NCBI GenBank assembly: GCA_050084985.1
Contig: JBITNC010000001.1
Location: 177,382,001 to 177,446,000 of the forward strand
DNA length: 64,000 nucleotides
Direction: 5' to 3'
DNA from: Nageia nagi
Lineage: Eukaryota; Plantae; Pinophyta
The translations under genes and the position numbers were made by a program. The notes below the pieces were generated by a model, which ran no database searches, was not told the DNA's origin, and worked only from the letters and a program-made list of their open reading frames with translations. Below, piece by piece: positions 1 to 13,400 of this stretch; positions within the stretch are counted from its first letter, which is position 1; each line of letters starts with the position of its first letter.

Positions 1-1767
1 AGATTGTTGTATTTAATGAGTGATAATAAGTATAAATATAACCATAGTAGTTAAACTTGGACTTGGTAAATTTTCAGATTTAAAAAAACTCAACAAAGAC
101 TTTACAAATAAAAAGGTATTTGAAATAAATCTTTTTCCAAAAGACTTGTGGCATGGGCAGGAGGTCAGGAAAAACCGGTGTTACATGGAGTTTTTGGGAT
201 GGGTTTCCAGGATGGGAGGGGACGTAAGGCTGATTTTAGGAAATTCGTCCGGATGGCAAGTGTAAAAAAAAAAAGATTGTCTTCTCAAATATAAAATAAC
301 ACACTGTGACAATGATACAAATAAACTATTAACGCAGCAATCATAAACCAAAGAACCATATAACAGCAACAGTCATAATAACTATGTAACAGCAGAAATC
401 ATGGTCCATAACAGCAGCAATCATTTATAATTATAACATTATAAGTGTCTTCAATCCACTTAAACCATAGGTCCATAACAGTACTGTGTAATAACAGAAA
501 AAATAATCCATAACAACAGTACTGAGTAAGTTTATGAACCATATCAGCAGTAAGTTAATAAACCACAGTAACAGCAAGAATAACTAATAGTAAAACTAAA
601 CACTTAATACTGTCTTCAGACCACTGCATCATGTGGAAACTCAAACTGGAACTAGAAGTTACTGCCTCCATCATCAGATGCTGAATTATCATGATGTTCA
701 CTGCCATCAAAATGAAGATTTGGATCATCATGTTTACTTTACTTTTAGGGTTAAAAACTTAAAAGGGGGTGGAGGAGCCTTGGTGGGTCCCAACACTCCT
801 TTTATTTTTCATTTTTTTAAGTGTTTGTTTTATTTTATTGAGCTTAGTCTGCACCTTTTTCGCCTGGGATGGCCAGGTGTCCCAGGCCTTCTCACACAAT
901 TTATTGCAATTTTCGAAAATTTAGGACAGGGCCAAAATGTCCTCAATGGAGTTTCTAGTACTTTGCCATGATGGGTATTGGTGTTTTAGTGGGAAAGGGG
1001 TCCCTATGTAATACTGGGAAAAACTCAATCAACTTCACAAAATTGTACTCCAAATGAGAGTACTTATTTTACGCAACTTAGCAAATGACACACAGAATTA
1101 GTAATGAAGAAACATAGACTCATTCAATATCAAGAATGGACAATAATGAATAAGAACTGAACAAACGGTTTTATTTATAAGAAAGCTATATACACTAGAT
1201 ATTTTAGAAAACATTGAATGGTATTGTTGTTTATGTTTTGCAATAAGTAAACTTATCTTAAAAATAATGCACTCTGAAAAAAATGAAAGAATATGGTGAG
1301 AGATGAAGTTATTAATTTTCCTGTGGTTGTTAACTGTTGATGCCACATGAATCAGAGATATCAGCCATTTTCACTGCATGAGCTTTATGAGGGCATAACA
1401 TTGCCATTTTAGCTTGAAATATTGTGATCCAAAAGGCTTTGGAGGGTAGAGAATTAGATCTATGCAATACCAGTTTCAAAATATTTATTTAGTAGGATAA
1501 AGAGTTAAAATCCTACTAGGGTCCCAGAGTGGAGGAATTGTAGTTATCCAGTCTTGTAATATCATATTGTATATAGAAAACCCATCATATTATATTATTT
1601 ATGGGGGCTAGGCAATAGCCAAATAGGGTAGATATACATTGGATTGTTCAAATGTGTTAAACAGGTAACGTGTGGTGATGGTTGTTATCCTACCCACAAG
1701 CAAAGTTGCCCTTGATTGTCACAGTATTCACACATATATGTCAGCAAGGAGTTACACAGTCATTCAA

Positions 1768-1883
1768 TTTCCATGAATCAATGATGTAAGGGATTCTGCT
1801 TCCGAAATTGCTTCATCAAAATTTTCCATGAATCAATGATGTAAGGGATTCTGCTTCAGAAATTGCTTCATCAAAATTTTCCA
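1768..1883. repeat. 55-bp tandem duplication
   Basis: CCATGAATCAATGATGTAAGGGATTCTGCTTC... at 1771 and 1826. Confidence 0.9.
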
Positions 1884-2394
1884 AGTGTTGAGTATCATTC
1901 GTAGCATCATATAATCAATCATTCTTATGATCAACTGCTTCAGTAAATGTGTGCTCCTCAAGTCCTCTGTCTAAGCAGTGGGCTTCCCCTAACTAATACG
2001 ATTCTTTTTACTACAAGTATCATCATATGTGTACTTGGTGCATGATGCCAGTATTAGAGCAATTCTGAGGGTCCTATGGCTGGAAACTGAGTCTTATAAT
2101 CAATATGAAACGTGAAGAAGGTGGAAATTTCAAAGTTACTTAACTTTTAAGTGAGTTAATATTTATCCATTGAAATTCTGTTGTATTACCGAATAAATTT
2201 TGAAGATAGTAAGAAGGGAAGAACCTATGCAAATATGATCAGATAGATAAGCTTTTTTCCATCAACATAAGTTATACTAGTTTTTTGAATTTGAGGCATG
2301 AATAGGACCTCACAGATATGTTTGTTGTTGCATTGTATAATATTTCAGATACCAGTCAGGACTTGTCTGACTTGCGTTATTTTACATGATGCAG

Positions 2395-2593
2395 AGGATT
2401 GTGAGTCTTGTGGGTTCACAAGTATGTGTTGTGGACCATCTTCATCAATAAAGTTAGCAGAAGAATCTGTTTCTCAACAATGGGAGATGGTTTGAGACAG
2501 CCTTTGCCTGATCAATGTTATTCTTGTGAAGCAACTCTGTTAGTTATTGAACCAAGCAAGGGGAAACCTTGCTACCTACTAGCTATGAACCAG
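2395..2593 (+). other. Probable upstream exon (5' UTR or uORF-bearing; ATG at 2480)
   Basis: TGCAG acceptor ending at 2394 and CAG|GTATTT donor after 2593. ATG 2480 is in strong context (AACAATGG), but splicing to 4261 ends in TAA after 11 more codons. Confidence 0.45.
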
Positions 2594-4334
2594 GTATTTT
2601 TCAGCCAAATGGATATACTCTTAAACTATCTTTAGAGGCAAATTATGTATATTAATATATAAATGTGTGGCAATGAAAATATATTTCATGTCTTTATGGT
2701 TAAGAGAAGACAATAAACTTTACTCTCTATTCATTTGAGGTTTACTGCTTGTGTGGGATGAACATGTTAGAATTTCTATGTGCTTTTTCAGGAATATTTC
2801 ACTGATAAATATGTCACTATGCTGCTAGGTGCCTGCAAAACTTATAATTAAAACAAAACACAAAATGAGCAAAGTTTGCGTTGTATTATGTGTTAAGTCT
2901 CCTATAATGGTTTGCTATAGATTGAAGTGTTATCCCTAGTTTAAAGTTAATCCATCAAGATCTAGAAATAATGTGATTCTTTATAAGTTCTCCATATGGT
3001 TGATGACTAACTTATTGTATAGCTTTGAGCTTGGATACTGTTTTCTTCTACATTCTTCAGAACTGTTGACTTAGTGTTTTGTCATTTGCTATGGGCTTTC
3101 AATCACTATTGTATATATTTGTATGTATGTATTTATTAAATTAAAGACATAATCAGCAATATTGCCTTGGTTTTGTCTCTGAGCATGTGGATCAAAACAG
3201 CATTAGTTAAAACATTGTCAGGTACAAATTAATGTCCATGGATAAGTGTGACATATTTTGTGCTTGGCCCAAAACTTAAAACTATGATAATATAACATTA
3301 GGTTTTCTAACAACCTCCATTGTGGCACTCTAATGGATTTTTCAGAAGCATAAATTATTATTATGTACGCAAGGAATAGGTTGATTATATTAAATCACTT
3401 TAATTTGTAAAAGTTTTAAACCAAAGACATGATGTGGATTGTTAGGTCTCAATAATTGGAAAATATAAGGGAAGAGTGTTTTGAGATAATATGCAGGCTC
3501 TGCTATGACATGTGAGCAAATCAATTAATTGACATGTTAGAGAAAATCTATATTAAGAAGTGAGTACATCCATTATTTTTTAAATGAGTTTGATATTGAA
3601 AAGTGAAGTTTATACCTTGACCTTTGATTAGACGTTTCCAATATCAGAGAGAACCACTTTTCCTTACATCATGGATGCTTATATTTGAGCACAAAAATAT
3701 AACCATCTCATTCATTTACATTTCATATATTTAATGTCATGAGGGAAGGAATGGTTTTACTTTTGGGCCTTCAGTATTTTTAGTTTTTGAATTCTGGGTT
3801 TTCTTTCTTGCGTGATCTTGTGAACTCTGTGCGAGTTGGAAATATGTGTTCATGTGGAGCATCTTGAAATCAAGTCAAGGAGGCTTTTGCTGGAATGATT
3901 CTGAAGAGGTTTCCTTTGTCACCGTTTGTTTGGGGCTAGTGATCTGTAATCATCAGAAGCCTATGGCTTACTTGGATCCTCAAATACAAATTTTAATAAG
4001 TTTTATTGTCAAAATTCAATTTTGCATATGTAATATTTCATCATACTGAAAACTGGAAAAGAAAATACACTAAATGAATGCATACACATACAAAATTAGA
4101 GAGACAACAAAGATTTATACTGGTTCTTCTCAATGTGAGAGGACATCCAGTTTCAATGGTGCTCTGAATCTTATTGGCCAATATAGTATTACAAAATGTA
4201 AGAAATAGAGTAACCATACAGTCTACTATCCTCCTACTTTTGCAACACTCTAACATTCAGAAGAGCTTTAATGGAGTCACTAAAATCTGTCAATAACAGT
4301 AGTAACCCTATCAAACTCATCAACAACCTCAACA

Positions 4335-4493
4335 ATGGATTCAAAACAGGAGATATTCAGCCACAGACAACCTATCAACCTCCCAAACCGAAAAAATGAC
4401 TTTGCAAATGGATATGGCATCCGAAACAACCTTGACAGTTCAATTTCCCTGTGCCAGTCATCTGACGGAACAGCATCCACGACTTGTTATCAG
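4335..4493 (+). CDS. Putative first coding exon of the VPS9/VARP-like gene (MDSKQEIFSH...STTCYQ)
   Basis: AACAATGG start context, CAG|GTTTGT donor, 53 codons, phase 0 matching the next exon; acceptor TTCAG ending at 4260. No homology support. Confidence 0.55.
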
Positions 4494-7400
4494 GTTTGTA
4501 TGGTGTTAGTGTTGTTCACTCTGCAGATCCAACACACCAAACTTTTGGAGTATGCTTGATTCCGAACATGGAGATTTTTGGTGTACAAACCTCTATACAT
4601 GAATGATCAAACTTCCGAATTGATCGATTTCAGATCAGCTAGCACATGGTAAATGTGAATAAGCACTTCCCTTTATCTGCTTGGGGCCAGCAAGTTATTA
4701 AATGATTCCAAAAAGGGGGTGCAAACATAGCACTCCTGAAACTGTTGCTTATTTAATTTCATATTTTGAGAAGATCTCTTTGTTAAGTGTGATATATTTG
4801 ATTCTCTGTGTTACTTGACATGGAAAAATAATAGTTAATATAAATTCATACGCAAGTCAACCTAAAACTGCTACAGAAAATAGTTAATTTAGCTAGTACA
4901 TCCACCATTACTGTAATTTGGTCATTTTGTTAGGATGACGTATGCGGATGGGTGATATAAGTCAATGAATTTCCTCTCCATATATTTTTGGGTAGAATTA
5001 AAATTGTAAGGTTTCTTTTTGGGGCATATTTTTCCATATGCATTTTGAGTTGGCATTTATCACAAGTACTTTAGGCTTCTCCATAATTTTCTTCTGTTGC
5101 CTAATGTTCTACACCTTTATAGGTTATATTCTTCTTACATCTCGTAAATAAAAAGGGTTTGTTATGAAATTCATGAAGGATTTTTGTATTTAAGGAGTCC
5201 ATAATTGGGTAGTTCTAGAGTTTGGTTATAATATAAGGTGTCATTTTTCGATATGCAGCAAGACTCTATGCTGTTTGCTTGAGAAGGTTTATGATGTTTT
5301 GGCATTGATTGTTTTCTTGTTCTCTTTTTTTTTTTTTTTTTTCAATTTTGAGGATCCCCTTTTCTTAGATTGAGTATATTCAGGGTAAGGCATTAATTTT
5401 GATGAATCAGAACTCTTAGATTCCAACTTTGACTTTGACTATATTCAGGATATTCCTAGGCTTAGATAAACTTGATTTATAATTAATTAAGATCAACGAT
5501 TGTCTATCACTCTTTGTTACTATTTAGCTTTCTTGTTTGAAGGAAAATGCAACAAGGGTTGTGGCTTTTATATGCTGAAAAGATTTTTGTTTGGGGTTAT
5601 GCTTCCAAGACTTTATTGTTTGTTAACTACTAAAATGTCTTTATTAAATATAGGGTGATTGTATTCGGTACTGTCTAATTATTCACATTCATAAGCTTTT
5701 GTTTGAGAATCTTATGATGGTCCCAGTCCTATGTTGGGCAACTTGCACATGCGTGAATGGTGAAAAGAGTTTGCTGGACAAAGTACATTTGTTAGTATTT
5801 TCTTTTGCAATTCAAAGAATTTTTGTTCTTTTGCAGTTCACTTAAATTTTTGTTTTTCTTTAGAATTTATTTTACGGGGTGTTTTATCTCAGAGGAACTG
5901 TATACAAATTTACTAAGTGTTTTAAGGTCCCACAAATTCTAATCTTGTATCTTCTAGCTGTTTCATTCAGTCACAAAATGTATTTTATCTTTAGGGTGGA
6001 TTACTGTAACTTTGTTTGATGTTTTAAGGTTTAGGTATTCTATTTCTTTCACAAAGCATGGTGGTTGGGTGGTTTGACATATAACTTATGTTTTAGTAAT
6101 TCTAGTAGTCTTTTAAGTTGTTCAAGTATTTCTTGTTGTTTTTGCTAACATTCAATATATCATCTAGGAACATGGTAACACATGTTCCTTGGTGAGTTTG
6201 GAATATTGTGTTCATCATTCTCATGAAGGTGTGAAGGCTTACGTGAGTTTGATATGCTTTATTAAGCACATCCAATGTCCATTTGTTGTTCTGAATGTTT
6301 TCTTCGTTATATTTATTCTAACTTGTTAATATCCATTTCTATAGAAGATTGTGGCTCTTTCTAGCATAGTTAGAAGATCAACTATTATAGAAAAAAATGT
6401 TGTTCTCTTTTACTTTGATATTTTTTAGGGGTCCATAATTTATAGACATCTTTATTGTACCTTCTGTCTTCTTCACCAATGGGATTGATGTATCAAAAAG
6501 ACAAATTATGATCATATGCATCTAATTAAAAACTTAAGTCTTGGTCTTGTTTTTATACCTGCTGCTTTTCTGAGGTGCTTGGTTTGAGGAGTTTTAGCCA
6601 TTGGTTGTCTATCTGGTTCTAATTGTTATGTGAAAATGATTAAGAACATTTTCACAATGGCAGCTTAGCCAACACACCTATAGGAAAATGAGACCAGTGT
6701 GTGAAAAACAAGATTTCTACTTTGTGTTATATAGATTTAGTTCAAAATTGCACCAACATCTGTTTTGACCCTTTAAGTAAGCTTATGATTGAAGCCTTCT
6801 TGTATCTGTCCACTTTATGATGAACATCTTGTTGAGGCAATTAACAAGGTGACAATATATGAAGAAGGAAATCTTTGTATTGATCAGAAAAGGGTTTAAA
6901 TTTTATTGACTTTCTATGATTCTTGTTGCTGGAATTTTTTTCAAGTAGGATATTGTTTTTTCATTGGTCATTGGTTTTGTTACTACCAAGGTTCCATGGT
7001 GAGTCGGGAGTGGCGGAGTGTACGGAGTGCGCTCCGGAATTCCGGAGTGGTGGAGGTCATTTTTAGGGAACGGCTCCGATTTGGCAGGCGGAGCGGCTAG
7101 TAAAAAATCCTTAGGATTTTTAGATTTTTTCTTGTTCATTGTTTCTAATTCATTTTTACTATCAATTTCAAATAAAAATCAAGTATGAATTTAAATTATA
7201 AAACATAATGATAATATTAATCAAGTATGAATCTAAAAGGCAGATATGAGAAATCAAAACAAGCCATAATATCATTAAATCACAAACAAGTCTGAATCAA
7301 TGTAGTACATAATGTCATAATATCAAAATGAGTCATATTGTCATAGTAGCAAAATGCCAAAGGTCCAAAATAGCAAAACCATAACTATCAAGTATCCAAT

Positions 7401-10400
7401 TGAGAAAGTTGAACTATAACATGAACAACTCTATACTCCCAAGATCACATGAAAGTTCATAATAACATCAAGATAACTCAAGAAGACAATCTCACAAAGC
7501 GACACAAGATGTAAGTGGTTCCTTTAACTAGGAGTACATCCACTAACTAGATCTCACTTCATTCACAAACATGAATCTCTTACAATTCTTCTAACTTATT
7601 TCCTAAACACTATTCTATAGCATAGCTTTACTCCACAAATTGGTGTATGATCCAAAGAGAGAGCCTTCTATTTATAGGCCAAAATCCCTTTTTGGATCAC
7701 TTTTTTACCCAATGTACAAAAGCATGACATGCACATCCTTTTACCCAAGGGGCATGCTCATGACATGGATTGTAGGACAAGTTACATTATCATATTCACT
7801 TAAATACTTAAGGTATCAAATGATACCCTTAAATATTAGTGAACTTAAATAAGAAGATTATTACATAACCTTTACAATAATGCATTATACATTCTAACAC
7901 TCCCCCATAATGCAATATTGGGATAGAGCGAATAAGAGAGAAGAAAGAGAGAAAGTAAGAGAGTTCTCCTCCAAACAGATACAATGGAGATGAGAACTTT
8001 TTACATATTTGTGAAGTAAGAAAGATCTAGTTTGAGACTCACTACTTTGCCAAATACAATCATTAACCACAACCGGTTTCAATGTACATGAAGTAGTCAT
8101 CCAACTGGAAGTCATGAAGAGTCTCCAAGAGTTTGCATACCTGAAGTAACCTGCAATCTCAAAGGAAATTGCAAGTCATAAGCAGCTCAAATAACAAGAT
8201 CAGTTAGATGCAACATATTCATATCAACTAGGATATATGAATCACTCAAATGCCATCATGAACTGATCAATGGTGCATTATAAGTCATCACGAAGATGCC
8301 AAGCCAAAAAACTCATAGTCACTTGTATATAAAACACGTGTTGATTATCATTACAAAATAGAGCATGTACATACAAGTTCCTCACATATAGATAACTAAA
8401 AAGTGCCAAAAGACACATAAGAGTTCATCACATATGGATAATTGAACAGTGCTAGATTGGCTAATCTTTTTGCTTTAAAAATTTGTATAACAAATTTCTC
8501 ACGCAGAGTGAACTTACCATGAAGGTGTACAACAAAATCAACACTATACAGCACAAAATACTCTTAGGGGTGAAGTAATCATCACAAACATGAATTCAAA
8601 CTTTACTCCCTTTTGAAGGCAACTTCACCAACCCGATAGCATCTTTAAGCTTACAAAACTGAGCTTCCGAGAGTGGCTTGGTGAACAAATCAACGGAGTT
8701 CAAGGTGGAGGGACAATACTTTAGGTGGATGATGCCATTAAGAACCTTCTCCCTAATAAAATGGGCATGGATTTCCACATGTTTTGTTTTCTGATGGAAC
8801 ACAGGATTCTTAGCCAAAGAAATAGCCGACTAATTGTCTGAAAAAATCAAAGATGAGCTAGCTTGCTCATATCCAATTTCTTTCAGAAGATGCCTTAGCC
8901 AAATAGCTTCCTGGGCTACAACAAACATGGCACGGTATTCAGCTTCTATGGTGGAAAGAGAAACAATAGGCTGCTTCTTGGAAGCCCAAGAGATAGCACC
9001 TGAACCAATGCTAAACACATATGTAGAGGTTGATTTCCTATCATCTCTATCTCCCCCATAGTCAGAATTTGAGAATCCAGAGAGAACAAACGAGGGCAAC
9101 TTAGAATACTTGAGAGCAAGATCCTTAGTCCCTGCAATATATCTTAAGATTTGCTTAACAACATTGAGATGCTCAACATATGGTTTTTGCATGAATCGTG
9201 CCATCAGATTCACTGCAACGACAATATCTGGCCTGAATATAGTCAAATACAAAAGACTACCAATTAATTGCATGTAAGTTGTAGCATCAACTAATTGAAA
9301 GTTGGAGCTCAGAGAAACAATGATTCCAGGAGAGACTGGGATCGTAACATATTTACACTCCTCCATTCCAAACTTTTGCAAGATGTTTGATATATACTTA
9401 AGATGGACTGAGATAAGTACAATTCTTATATTGATACATTTGCATTCCAAGATAGTAGTGCAAGAGATCAAGATCAATCATTCAAATGTTGCCTTAAGTT
9501 TGGATATGCACTCTTGAATGATTTCTTCATTGTTACTAGTTATCAGAAGATCATCCACATAAAGGAGAATCAGGACCATGTCTTTTCCCTGATTGAGCAC
9601 ATATAGATTGGAGTCAGAAAAACATTTCGAGAAACCAATGTCTGCAAAATACCTTGAAATCTTCCCGTACCAGGCTTTAGGTGCTTGTTTAAGTCCATAT
9701 AATGACTTCTTTAGTTTGCACACAAAGAACTCTTTGCCTTCCACAATGAACCCTTCTAGTTGATTCATAAAAATTTCCACATCTAAGTCACCATTGAGAA
9801 ATGCACTCTTAATGTCAAGTTGAAAAACTTTCCATCCTTTAGCTGTAGAAAGAGCAAAGATAATTCTCACAATAGGCATCTTTGCCATGGGGGCAAAGGT
9901 TTCCTTATAATCTACATATTATTTCTGAGCAAAACCTTTGGCTGCTAACCTTACTTTGTATTTCTCAATATCTCCAACTGAATTAAATTTGACCTTGTAG
10001 ATCCACTTATTGCCAATCACATTCTTCTCATTGGGATAAGGAACCAAGTCCCAAGTTTTATTTTTCATAAGCGCCTCATACTCCACTTTCATGGCTTCCA
10101 TCCAACACTCGTGCTTAGAAGCTTCTTTGAAGGTTGAAGGATCATGCTTGTTGTCAATCTTGGCAAATAAAGATTCCTTCAAGGTCATGCTCCTAGTTAC
10201 CCTTTGTGTTGGAGAATTTTGTTCCTGAGATGACTTGTCTACATCAATATCTAACCAGCTAGGTGCAACTGATGAGTCATCATCAACAACATTCTCATTA
10301 GAAATAGATTCTTCAGGAAGTTCATTGAACTTTACATCTTTTGAAACAAACACAGCTTTGTAAGATGGAGAGTAGAGCCTGTAGCTTCTATGCTAACTAT

Positions 10401-13400
10401 CATAACCCACAAAGATGCATTTTGTAGCTCTTTTATCCAACTTTTTCCTTTTCTCAGAAACAGTAAAGGAGAATGCTTCACAACCAAACACCCTAAGGTG
10501 AGAAATGTTAGGTTTTCTTCTTGACCATGCCTTAAAAGGAGTTTTACTTTGAACAGCTTTTGTGGGACACCTATTCAAGGTGTAAATAGCACTGTTCACA
10601 ACTTCATCCCACAAGAAACTAAGAAGATTACCCAACATGCATCTAGCCATTTCCATAATTGTTCTGTTTTTCCTTTCAGCAACACCGTTTTGCTAAGGAG
10701 TGTAAGGAATCGTAAATTGCTTCTTGATTCCATACTTAGCACAATAGTCATTGAACTCATTGTTGTTATATTCTCCTCCATTATCTGATCTCAACATCTT
10801 GATTTTAAGATTAGTTTGATTCTCAACAAAAGCCTTAAAAACCTTAAAACTCTCAAAGGTTTGATCCTTGTGCTCAAGTAGATACCCAAAGGTCATTCTA
10901 CTAAAGTCATCAATGAAAGTCAAGATGTAAGATGCTCCTTCAAGCAACCTAGTCTGAAACGGATCCATCAAATCTGAATGCACAAGTTGAATAGGTTAAG
11001 ATGCTCTTTTTCAAACTTTTGTCTATGCATCTTGCCAAGAATGCACTTCTCGCATAGACCAATTGAAGGAGAAATTGAAGGCAATCCTTCCACAAATTCT
11101 TGGTCTTTTGTGACTTGAATACTCTTATGGTTAAGGTGCCCTAAATGATGGTGCCAAAGATTGCCTATAGGGCACACACTTGTAGCAAGACACATTTTTG
11201 ATGGAACTTGATCCACAATGTAGAGATCATCTTTTACTGACCCTTTAACCAATGTGGCAAGTTCTTTCTTAATGCACCAGGATTGAGAGTCGAACTCAAA
11301 AGAGTACCCTTTTCTAGCAACTTGGATCACGGATAGAAGGTTCATCCTAAGCTTAGGAACATAGAGCACATTATTAAGAACTTTCCTGTGAATCAACACA
11401 CTTCCAATTCTTTGGATTTCAAGGGTAGAGTTATCACCTATCACAACCGCATCTTTTCTATACTTGTTAAAGTTTTCAAACTTTTCTTTTTCAAAGCATA
11501 GGTGATTAGTGCAACCAGAATCAACAATCCAATTAGACGAAAAAGAGCGAGACATGGAGTAGAGTGCCGTAGCAAAACCAGCTTGAATATTCTTCTTTCT
11601 TTTGAAGTTCTTTACATTTCCATTGCCTTTGTTCTTTTCCTCTCTTTTCTTTTTGTAGCAATCAACTTCTTTGTGACCTTGAATGCCATAATAGTTACAA
11701 TTACCATCAAACTTTTCCTTAGGATAAGGATTGTTTGCTTTGTCTTTTCCATCTCTTTGCTTGAAGTGATTGTTGCCGTTGTTTCTGTTGTTGCTGTTGC
11801 CATTGTTCCTGCTACTGTTGTAGCCATTGCCTCTTTTCTCAAACCTTTTGGAGGAAGAAGGATAAGATTTCTTTTGATGGTTGAATTTCGTCTTGAAAGG
11901 AGTTTTGGTTGCTCCAAGAGCAACGTTATTATCCTTAGGAGAAGAAATCAACATCTTTTTGTTAAGGGTTTTCTCATGCTGCAAAAGGTGCCTAGAAAGG
12001 TTCTCAAGAGAGAAAACTTCTTCTTTATCATCAAGCCTTGTTTTTATAACCGTTACAAAGTTTTCAAACTTTGAAGAAAGGCTTTGAAGAATTATGAAGA
12101 CCATGAACTCATCATTGATCCAATTGCACCCACAAGCAACAAGTTGGATTCTCAAGTCAATGATTTTATTCAAGTAGATGGCAACATTTTCATCTTTCTC
12201 TTGACGAGATTGAAGTAACTTTTGGAGAATGGTAAACCTTCTTAGCCAAGTTAGATTTGCTTAAGCTTATCCCAAGCTTCCTTTGCCAAGGTTGAAGAGG
12301 AAATCATTAGGAGCACATCACATCATCTGAAACTGCACGAAAGATCATGGAGGTTGCCAACTCATTCTTCGTGTTGTAAGCCTTTAGTGCTTTCTCATCT
12401 GTAGGAGGTACAAGGTTCTCATTCACTGTTTGCCAAAGCTTCTTTGCCTGCAATTCAGCTCTCATCCGAGGTTCCCACATACCAAAGTTGGAACCGTCAA
12501 GAATGTGTTTGGGTAAAAAGGATTCTCCCATTTGCTACACAAGAATGTGAAAAATAATAAGCATGTGGTTCAATTAACAACATTATATGTTAAGTTTTAA
12601 CCAAGTAAAAAATACATGTTAATTTTAACACAAAAGACATGTATGATTTGTTTTACTAGTGCAAATGTTTTACAAGTCAAATAATAACACATGTACCCAA
12701 ATACTTTTGTCATCACCAAGAACCGTAGAAGTAGAGTGACATTGTTGAGGCTTATTTTCTTGTCTATAATTAGGCCTTCATTTGGATTCCCACACAAGAA
12801 GAGCCCAAATACTACCAATCCTCAACCAGTTTGCCTTGGTCAGTATTATACTCTCACAAGGAGAAGTACTTACTATTTTCCAAGGTTATGACGTTTATTG
12901 GATCGGCCAAATTATTAATCTTGATTAGGTTTCAAGTTGTCTTCCTAGGTTATCAGGATAATCTTTGAATGGATGTGCGGACATGTGGTATTACTACACA
13001 CATGCTTATCCACCTATTGGAGTTATGTCCAAACCAACAGAGGACTTAAGGGCAATTGAGAAGTACGAACTTTTCACCATTTGGATCGTCGGACTTAAAG
13101 GCTCTAGTTCGCCTGTCCTCACCTCATGGCTCCCCAAATAAGTCATGTTGCGGAATGTACGTGTGAATGTGTTCATTTTAGGGGGTTGCTCAAATAATGT
13201 TTACGATTTTGTTTGCATAAGCAAATAAATCAAAAGCGAAACATGAAGTAAAAGAGCATAAGTAAAACATCATTCATTCAAAATTTTTGCACAAGTCCAT
13301 TCTTGCATAAGGAAGTAAATTGCACCATAACTTGAGTTTTTAAGTAATAAGCATGTTTTTGAAATCTAAGCATTTAAATTAAGTCCTAAGCATGCATCAT

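Noticed and set aside
1-975. Possible right end of a hAT-like element with AACAGCA repeats, and ORF 633..971
   Set aside because: The left end is outside the window, so no TIR or TSD can be verified; the ORF has no recognisable motif.
11502-12074. 190-aa hydrophobic + strand ORF
   Set aside because: Antisense shadow of copia gag.
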